A DNA stretch of 64,000 bases. Source: Parasulfuritortus sp. (GTDB lineage: Bacteria > Pseudomonadota > Gammaproteobacteria > Burkholderiales > Thiobacillaceae). The notes under the pieces are model-generated. The model made no database searches. It was not told where the DNA came from and worked only from the letters and a program-made list of their open reading frames with translations. The DNA is taken from positions 3,137-67,136 of the forward strand of contig JARLJM010000160.1 in NCBI GenBank assembly GCA_031291185.1. The letters run 5' to 3'. Shown here piece after piece: positions 57,515 through 64,000 of this stretch. The first letter of the stretch is position 1. Every line of letters starts with the position of its first letter. A program made the position numbers and the translations under genes.

Positions 57515-59010
57515 GGCAGCTCCTGTTCGGGCGGTTGCTCATCGATGGGCAAGGTAACCATGAAGTTGCTGCCGCCGCCGGTGCGCCGCCTGACAATCAG
57601 ACTGCCGCCGTGCGCCACAGCAATCGCGCGGCACAGCGCCAATCCGAGCCCTGCCCCCCGTGGGCCTGATTGATCGCCCCGCCGATAGGGTTCAAAGATC
57701 AGCTCCTGCTCAGCCTCGTCAATGCCCGGCCCCCGGTCCTTGACGGCCATGTCAAGCGACTGCTCACGGACGCCAACACTCAACTCAATCTCGCCTTGGC
57801 TATAGGTCAGCGCGTTGTCGAGCAGGTTGCTGATCAGCTGCGCCAGCAGCACCGGGTCGGCCTTGATCAGCGGCAACCCAGGAGGCACTTTGGATTTGAT
57901 GCGCCGCCCCGGATCACGCTGGCGAATACGTGTCAGCACGGCGCCGACGATTTCTTCCACCGACTCCCAGTCGCGCCTGAGCGTCTGTGCTGAGCTGTTG
58001 AGCCGAACCAGTTGCAGCGTGTTTTCAGTGAGCGTGGACAAATAGGTGGCCTCGCTGACGATGCTGCCCAGCAGCCGGTGTCTTTCATCCGGGCTGAGCT
58101 TCTCGTTTTGTGTTTGCAGGGATGACGCCGCGCCCACGATGGCCGCCAGCGGTGTGCGCAGGTCGTGCGACACGGCCGCCAGAAAAGTGCCTTGCAAGTG
58201 CTGGCGTTGCGCCTCAATCTGCGCGGCCTGCACCTTGGCCGACAGGCGAACACGCCGTACCGCCTGTGCCAGCAAAGCAATCAGGGCCTGCGCATGCTCG
58301 CGCCCATCGTTGTCACTGGCGAGTGCAGGCTGGACACAAGCGGCGCCCAACATGTGTTTTTTCTCGCCCAAAGGCAGGTACCAAGCATTCAAGCCGGGCC
58401 AGCGGCCGGTGCCAGGACCGAGCACAGCCGACTCGTTCATGCAGCACCGCAGACCGTCCTGAATCTTGGAATTCCATTCTGTGGTCGCCAGATCTGTGCC
58501 GTCGAGCGTCAAAAAAAGCATATTCGGTCCGGCAAAAGCTTTGTCCAGTGCCTGCTGCCCCAAGTCCAGAACTTCGGCAGGTGTGGTCACATTGGCAAGG
58601 CGGGTGGCCAGCGCCTGCAGTTGGCGCGCGCGCCGCTCGCTCAGCGCAGCGTGCACCGACTCACGCCGAACGCTGCTTGCCAGGTGACTGATCACCAGCG
58701 CCACTACCAACATGACCGCCAGAGCAATCAGGTGTTCGCGGTTTTCCACTTCAAACGTCCAGCGTGGCGGCACAAAAAAGAAGTTCAGCGACGTCACGGC
58801 GCCCACGGCACATACCGCAGACTGCACCCAGTCCAGCCGATAAGCCGCAATAACGATGACCAGCACATACAGCATGGCCTGGCTGGTGATGGATACATAC
58901 GGCTCCAGCACCGCATTGGCAAGCGTTGCTGCAAGCAGTAGCAGCGCGACGGTCACCCAGCCGCGCACAGGTGGGTTGTCAGGTGTCGAGGAGTTAGAAG
59001 CATCATCCAT
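57511..59010 (-). CDS. Short KdpD-like sensor histidine kinase (DUF4118 TM domain plus HisKA/HATPase, no N-terminal KdpD/Usp domains)
   Basis: LNFFFVPPRWTF, SHDLRTPLAAI, NLLDNA, DRGPG and GAGLGL motifs; only 499 aa. Confidence 0.85.
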   Translation of the reverse strand: MDDASNSSTPDNPPVRGWVTVALLLLAATLANAVLEPYVSITSQAMLYVLVIVIAAYRLDWVQSAVCAVGAVTSLNFFFVPPRWTFEVENREHLIALAVMLVVALVISHLASSVRRESVHAALSERRARQLQALATRLANVTTPAEVLDLGQQALDKAFAGPNMLFLTLDGTDLATTEWNSKIQDGLRCCMNESAVLGPGTGRWPGLNAWYLPLGEKKHMLGAACVQPALASDNDGREHAQALIALLAQAVRRVRLSAKVQAAQIEAQRQHLQGTFLAAVSHDLRTPLAAIVGAASSLQTQNEKLSPDERHRLLGSIVSEATYLSTLTENTLQLVRLNSSAQTLRRDWESVEEIVGAVLTRIRQRDPGRRIKSKVPPGLPLIKADPVLLAQLISNLLDNALTYSQGEIELSVGVREQSLDMAVKDRGPGIDEAEQELIFEPYRRGDQSGPRGAGLGLALCRAIAVAHGGSLIVRRRTGGGSNFMVTLPIDEQPPEQELP

Positions 59011-59016
59011 TTGTTC

Positions 59017-59051
59017 AGCGTAACACCGCTCGTATCAGGATGGCATCAGGA
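59017..59051 (-). promoter_or_regulatory. Candidate KdpE box plus -10 for the kdpD-like gene (probably leaderless)
   Basis: Minus strand TCCTGAT-GCCA-TCCTGAT, 11 nt, TACGCT, 6 nt, then ATG 59010. Confidence 0.68.
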
Positions 59052-59092
59052 ATATCCGACAATTTGCGACTTCTCCCGAACACACCAGCGCC

Positions 59093-60301
59093 ATGAACAA
59101 ATCGTCACCCCCTGTGCCCGCCTTGCCACTGACCGGCCTGCGCGTGGTCGAATTCACCCACATGGTGATGGGGCCGACCTGCGGCATGGTGCTGGCCGAC
59201 ATGGGTGCCGAGGTGATCAAGGTCGAACCCATCGAGGGCGACCGCACGCGCCACCTGCTGGGCGCTGGCGCAGGGTTCTTTCCCATGTTCAACCGCAACA
59301 AAAAAAGCATCGCCATCAACCTGCACCAGCCAGAAGGTGCCGAGGTGGCGCGCAAGCTGGCCTTGAGTGCCGATGTGGTGCTGGAAAATTTCAAGCCCGA
59401 CACCATGGTCAAGTACGGCCTGGACTACGCGGCCTTGTCCGCACAAAACCCCAAGCTTATTTACGTCAGTCACAAAGGCTTTTTGCCCGGCCCCTACGAG
59501 CACCGCACGGCGCTGGACGAAGTCGTGCAAATGATGGGCGGTCTGGCCTACATGACCGGACGCCCCGGCGACCCGCTGCGGGCAGGCACCAGTGTCAACG
59601 ACATCATGGGCGGCATGTTTGGCGCCATTGGCGCACTGGGCGCTCTGATCCAGCGCGGCATCACTGGACGGGGGCAGGAGGTGCAAAGCGCCTTGTTTGA
59701 GAACAACGTGTTTCTCGTCGGTCAGCACATGCTGCAATACGTCATGACGGGCCAGCCGGCAGCGCCTATGCCGGCGCGCATTTCGCCCTGGGGCGTGTAT
59801 GACGTGTTCACGGCGGGCGACGGAGAGCAAATCTTCATTTCTGCCGTCAGCGATGCGCAGTGGCGCACGTTTTGCGTCGTTTTCGATCTGGCAGATTTGC
59901 AAGCTGATGCCCGGTACGCCAGCAACAACGATCGCGTGCGCGAGCGCCTCACCCTGCTGCCGATTCTGCGCGAGCGCTTGGCGCGCTACACCGCTGGGCA
60001 AATCTCGCAGTTGATGGAGGCCAACAAACTGCCCTACGCCCCGATTCGCAAGCCCGAAGAGTTGTTTGACGACGAGCACCTGCTGGCCACCGGCGGCCTG
60101 GCCGACATGACTTTGCCGGATGGTGAACACGCGGGTCAAACCACCAAGGCCACGCTGTTCCCCTTCACGATGGATGGCCACCGCTTGGGCGTTCGCCTGA
60201 GCCCGCCCCGGCTTGGCGCACACACCGATGAATTGTTGGGTGCCTTGGGACTGGATGCGCACCGGGTGCAGGCGCTGCGTGCTGCGGGCGCCGTTGGCTA
60301 G
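59093..60301 (+). CDS. CaiB/BaiF family III CoA-transferase
   Basis: PLTGLRVVE, LADMGAEVIKVEP, NRNKKSI, ENFKP and PPRLGAHT motifs. Confidence 0.92.
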   Translation: MNKSSPPVPALPLTGLRVVEFTHMVMGPTCGMVLADMGAEVIKVEPIEGDRTRHLLGAGAGFFPMFNRNKKSIAINLHQPEGAEVARKLALSADVVLENFKPDTMVKYGLDYAALSAQNPKLIYVSHKGFLPGPYEHRTALDEVVQMMGGLAYMTGRPGDPLRAGTSVNDIMGGMFGAIGALGALIQRGITGRGQEVQSALFENNVFLVGQHMLQYVMTGQPAAPMPARISPWGVYDVFTAGDGEQIFISAVSDAQWRTFCVVFDLADLQADARYASNNDRVRERLTLLPILRERLARYTAGQISQLMEANKLPYAPIRKPEELFDDEHLLATGGLADMTLPDGEHAGQTTKATLFPFTMDGHRLGVRLSPPRLGAHTDELLGALGLDAHRVQALRAAGAVG

Positions 60302-60314
60302 TGATGCGGCTGCC

Positions 60315-61238
60315 ATGAGCAAGCTCAAGCAACTTGAAACTTTCTGCGCCGTGGCCGTGCGCGGCGGCCTGACGGCAGCGGCCAAGGCCGAGGGTGTGGC
60401 GCCAGCCATCATCGGGCGCAGGCTCGACGCCTTGGAAGAGCGACTGGGTGTCAAGCTGCTGGTGCGCACCACACGGCGCGTCACGCTCACGCAGGAAGGC
60501 AGTGCCTTTCTGGAGGACTGCCAGCGCCTGCTTTCGGGCCTGGCCAGCGCCGAGGCCAGCGTGTCGGCGGGAGGACTCAAACCCACGGGGCATCTGGCGC
60601 TGACGGCGCCAGCCGGTTTTGGCCGACACCATGTGGCGCCGCTGGTGCCACGTTTTCGCGAGCTGCATCCGGACGTGACGATCGCCCTCAACCTGAGCGA
60701 CCGCGTTGTCGACCTGGCCGCCGAAGGCTTTGACTGTGCGGTGCGCGTGGGTGAGATGCCGGACTCCAGCTTGGTGAGCGTGCGTTTGGCAGACAACCGT
60801 CGAATGTGCGTGGCCACGCCGACTTACCTCAAGCAGCACGGCACACCGCAAACACCGCAGGATCTGGCGCGCTTTGACTGCCTGACGCTGTCCAGCGATG
60901 CCTCGCAAACCCGTGGCTGGGCGTTTTCGCTACCACTGGTGGGTGGGGTGGAGGTTGTGTACCTCAAGCCCGGTGGCCCCTTGAGTTGTTCGGACGGCGA
61001 GGTGTTGTTCGATTGGTGTCTGGCGGGTTATGGCATCGCATGGCGCAGCACCTGGGAGGTTCAGGCCGAGGTGGCGGCCGGGCTGCTGGTGCCGGTGTTG
61101 GAGGACTTTGCCGCACCGCCCAATGGTATTTACGCGGTGTTTGCGCAGCGCAAACACCTGCCGCTGCGCCTGCGCCTGTGGATTGACTACCTCAAACAAC
61201 AATTTTCTCAACCGGAGTTTTGGCATGCCTCCCGCTGA
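60315..61238 (+). CDS. LysR family regulator
   Basis: GLTAAAKAEGVAPAIIGRRLDALEERLGVKLLVRTTR HTH; start ATG 60315. Confidence 0.92.
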   Translation: MSKLKQLETFCAVAVRGGLTAAAKAEGVAPAIIGRRLDALEERLGVKLLVRTTRRVTLTQEGSAFLEDCQRLLSGLASAEASVSAGGLKPTGHLALTAPAGFGRHHVAPLVPRFRELHPDVTIALNLSDRVVDLAAEGFDCAVRVGEMPDSSLVSVRLADNRRMCVATPTYLKQHGTPQTPQDLARFDCLTLSSDASQTRGWAFSLPLVGGVEVVYLKPGGPLSCSDGEVLFDWCLAGYGIAWRSTWEVQAEVAAGLLVPVLEDFAAPPNGIYAVFAQRKHLPLRLRLWIDYLKQQFSQPEFWHASR

Positions 61239-62085
61239 AGCGTCCTTACCCAGCCCGGCAGATCGCCAGAGTGCAGCCAAGGGCGTGATCCTCTGCGCCG
61301 ACGATTTCGCGGTGCACCACAGCGCCTCCGCCGGTATTGCCGAACTGGCGCACCTGCGCCGCATCAGCGCCACCAGCGCCATGGTGTTGTCGCCGCAGTG
61401 GCCGCAGGATGTGGCGCTGCTGCAAGACCTGCGCGGCCAGATCGATGTGGGCCTACACCTGGACTGGACCAGCGACTTTGCCCAAGCCGCAGGCCATGGC
61501 CTGCCGTTAGGCGCAGCCATGCGCCGCGCGGTGTTGGGCGGTTTTGATCAGGTTCAGGCGACCACCGTGATCGAGCGGCAGCTCGATTTGTTTGAGGCCC
61601 ACTGGCAGACCATGCCCGACTATGTGGACGGCCACCAGCATGTGCAGCAGTTTGCCGGTATCCGTCAGGCACTGGTGGCGGTGCTGGCGCGCCGTTATGG
61701 CCAACAGGCCGTCAAACCCTACCTGCGCATTTCGCGCCCACCGCGAGGCACAGCGGACCTGAAAGGCCGGGTGATTGCCTGGATGGGGGCTGATGCTCTT
61801 GAAGAAATAGCTGCTAGTCAAGATATTACGGGGGCTACAGGCCTTTTAGGCATACATGATTTCAGTGGCAGTCCTGCTGACTACGCAGGCTTCATGTCGC
61901 GCTGGCTGGCGCAGGCGCCCATGGGTGCCATCATCATGTGTCATCCGGCGCATGCTTGTGAGCCGGGCGACGAGATTGGCGTGTCGCGGGTGCAGGAGTT
62001 TGCCTATCTGGCGGGGCCGGAATTCGCCGCGGCCTTGGACAGGGCAGGGGTGGTGCCGGTGCGCGGGCGGCAGGTGCTGGTTTAG
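61225..62085 (+). CDS. ChbG/HpnK (YdjC) family deacetylase
   Basis: LCADDF, VGLHLD, DGHQHV and MCHP motifs. Confidence 0.88.
   Translation: MPPAEASLPSPADRQSAAKGVILCADDFAVHHSASAGIAELAHLRRISATSAMVLSPQWPQDVALLQDLRGQIDVGLHLDWTSDFAQAAGHGLPLGAAMRRAVLGGFDQVQATTVIERQLDLFEAHWQTMPDYVDGHQHVQQFAGIRQALVAVLARRYGQQAVKPYLRISRPPRGTADLKGRVIAWMGADALEEIAASQDITGATGLLGIHDFSGSPADYAGFMSRWLAQAPMGAIIMCHPAHACEPGDEIGVSRVQEFAYLAGPEFAAALDRAGVVPVRGRQVLV
61795..61850 (+). repeat. 56-bp spaced motif, copy 14 (inside the YdjC gene)
   Basis: GCT CTTGAAGAAAT AGC N18 GGGGGCT N8 TTTAGG. Confidence 0.8.
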
Positions 62086-62100
62086 TTGACATCCTGCGCC

Positions 62101-62182
62101 GGAGCGCGAACCGGGTACCGGCTGGGGGCTCATACGCTTCGCTTTTTGAAACCGCCCCCATCCGGTACCCGATCCACGCTCC
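62101..62182. repeat. Long intergenic imperfect palindrome (REP-like hairpin)
   Basis: GGAGCG..CGGGTACCGG.TGGGGGC / GCCCCCA.CCGGTACCCG..CGCTCC arms. Confidence 0.6.
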
Positions 62183-62232
62183 TGAACAAGTGCCTCGGCT
62201 GCCTGTTTGATCCGCCCACCTAAAATCCCTGG

Positions 62233-63852
62233 GTGATTGAAACCTCTACCGTGCCCCAAACCAAATCCCCTGCGCTGAACGAGCGCCAAAAATCCTGGCT
62301 CATCCTGGCCGCCCTGTGGCTGCTGCTGCTGGTGCTGGCCAGCCTGCGCCCCCTGGCCGTGCCCGACGAAGGTCGTTATGGCGAAGTCAGCCGCTGGATG
62401 TTGGTCAGTGGTGACTGGCTCACGCCGCGTCTGGACGGCATCCCCTTTTTCCACAAGCCACCTCTGTTGCACTGGCTGCAAGCCATCAGCCTGACCGTCT
62501 TTGGGATCAGCGAACTGGCCTTGCGCTTGGTGCCCGCGCTGCACGCGGGCCTGATGCTCACCGTGCTGTATCTGGCGGCGCGCACCATCAGCACCGAGGA
62601 GATCGCCCGGCGCGCCGTGATCATGCTGGGCACCAGCCTGACCTTTCTGGTGGGCGGCCAGTACATCAACCATGACATGCTGGTGGCGACCTGGATTGGG
62701 CTGGCGATCTGGGCCTTTGCTTTTTCCTTCATGGCGGGCGACAGGCCCAACACTTGGCTGGCGCGCCTGGGTTTCCTGGCCTGCGCGTTGGGCATGCTCA
62801 GCAAGGGGCTGATCGGCATCGCCCTGCCGGGACTGGTGATCTTTGTCTGGCTGATCTGGACGCGCCAGTTCAAAAAAGTCCTGTATTTGCCGTGGGTCAG
62901 CGGGCTGGCCTTGTTTGCTGCAGTGGCTTTGCCGTGGTTTGTGCTGGCGCAAGAAAAGTACCCGGATTTCTTCAACTACATGTTTGTCGGCCAGCAGTTC
63001 AACCGCTACACCGCTGCCAGCTACAACAATGTGGAGCCCTGGTGGTTTTACCTGCTGGCGCTGGCGCTGCTGCTGTTTCCCTGGGTGTTTTTTGCGCTCG
63101 GTCAGGTGCGTCGTGTGACGACCATGACGCTGACCTCGGCGATGGGCCTGTCAGCGCCCTGGTGGCGTCTGTGCTGGGCCTGGGTGCTGGCCATTCTGGT
63201 GTTCTTTTCGATCCCACACTCCAAACTGGTGGGTTACATCTTGCCGGTAACGCCCGCGCTGGCGCTGTTGGCGGCAGTCGGTTGGCAGCGCACCATGGCG
63301 CATCGAGTCATCGCAGGTAAGGTGTTTGCGGGTCTGGTGTTGCTCAACATCGGCATCGCGTTGGCGATTGTGATGGCGGTGGGCAAGGTCACCCAAACCA
63401 CCCGTACACAGGATATTGCCGCTGTGTTGGCTTGTGCGGCCACGCCGGATGACACGATTTACGTCTCCGATGCTTACCCGTATGACCTGCCGTTCTACCT
63501 GCAAACTCAGAAACCGATGGTGGTTCTCGGTGACTGGCCGCAGATTCGCAAAACAGTGGGCGACGGCTGGCAACGTGAATTATTTGAGGGTGCCGACTTC
63601 GATGCCAACGCCGCACGTGCGTTGCAGCAGCCCGAGGTACTGGCGCAGGCCGGTCTGCTTCCAGGCAATTGGTATGCAGCCCGTTGGGACGATCCGGTGG
63701 CGCGTGGTGTGCCCGGGTGGAAGCTGTTTTTCAGCGGTGCAGGTTGGAAGCTGTACCAGTCCGGTGGTTTGAGTGCTGATTCAGCGGCGAAAGGCCCAGA
63801 AGCGGCTCAGCATGAAAGTTTGCCCGGCTGCAAAGACCAGCGCCGCAAATAG
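62233..63852 (+). CDS. ArnT-family (GT83) lipid-linked glycosyltransferase
   Basis: PDEGRYGEVSR, FHKPPLLHWL, LSKG, PWF and SKLVGYILP motifs. Confidence 0.9.
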   Translation: MIETSTVPQTKSPALNERQKSWLILAALWLLLLVLASLRPLAVPDEGRYGEVSRWMLVSGDWLTPRLDGIPFFHKPPLLHWLQAISLTVFGISELALRLVPALHAGLMLTVLYLAARTISTEEIARRAVIMLGTSLTFLVGGQYINHDMLVATWIGLAIWAFAFSFMAGDRPNTWLARLGFLACALGMLSKGLIGIALPGLVIFVWLIWTRQFKKVLYLPWVSGLALFAAVALPWFVLAQEKYPDFFNYMFVGQQFNRYTAASYNNVEPWWFYLLALALLLFPWVFFALGQVRRVTTMTLTSAMGLSAPWWRLCWAWVLAILVFFSIPHSKLVGYILPVTPALALLAAVGWQRTMAHRVIAGKVFAGLVLLNIGIALAIVMAVGKVTQTTRTQDIAAVLACAATPDDTIYVSDAYPYDLPFYLQTQKPMVVLGDWPQIRKTVGDGWQRELFEGADFDANAARALQQPEVLAQAGLLPGNWYAARWDDPVARGVPGWKLFFSGAGWKLYQSGGLSADSAAKGPEAAQHESLPGCKDQRRK

Positions 63853-64000
63853 TGCCAGCAACGAAGGCATGCCCAGGCCGCGCAGCAGCAGCACAAACAT
63901 CACCTCGTTGCTGGCAAACCCTGCCAGCGCGGTGACGATGAAACGCTTGAAACTGGTGCCCACGCTGGTGCCGGCGTCCTTGAAGCTCAGCAGCCGGTGA
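63781..64000 (-). CDS. GtrA family flippase (5' end off window)
   Basis: Frame is open to the window edge: HRLLSFKD..FKRF..NEVMF..TFMLSRFWAFRR*. Confidence 0.8.
   Translation of the reverse strand, partial: HRLLSFKDAGTSVGTSFKRFIVTALAGFASNEVMFVLLLRGLGMPSLLALFAALVFAAGQTFMLSRFWAFRR

Overview
High-GC betaproteobacterial chromosomal segment whose gene content and order look like Comamonadaceae (Polaromonas/Rhodoferax-like); the taxon is inferred, not proven. It holds about 60 CDS and I found no rRNA, tRNA, CRISPR array or transposase. Housekeeping blocks: pntAA-pntAB-pntB, fadD-type ligase, mtnN, hpf-ptsN-hprK, fur/bamE-dapB-exbBD-leuS-lptE-holA-proA and gshA-kup-benE-gshB. Accessory blocks: a DUF3443/DUF2844 pair; Lrp plus an ornithine aminotransferase fused to an arginine-dihydrolase-like domain, inserted between lptE and holA; a xanthomonadin/aryl-polyene-type type II FAS/PKS cluster (32.9-47.5 kb) interrupted by maleylacetate reductase and hydroxyquinol dioxygenase genes; and a lower-GC right arm (about 52.7-64 kb) with glcB, an internally deleted HAD remnant, a short-KdpD/KdpE/kup module with paired candidate KdpE boxes, and an ArnT/YdjC/GtrA envelope-modification set. 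The most striking unexplained signal is a 56-bp multipart DNA motif with fixed spacing (GCT-N11-AGC-N18-RRGGGCT-N8-WWWT). It occurs 14 times, 7 per strand, and 9 copies sit inside protein-coding sequence, including leuS, proA and gshB. A separate GC-rich REP-like family is also present, and two of its copies are translated in frame as part of proteins.
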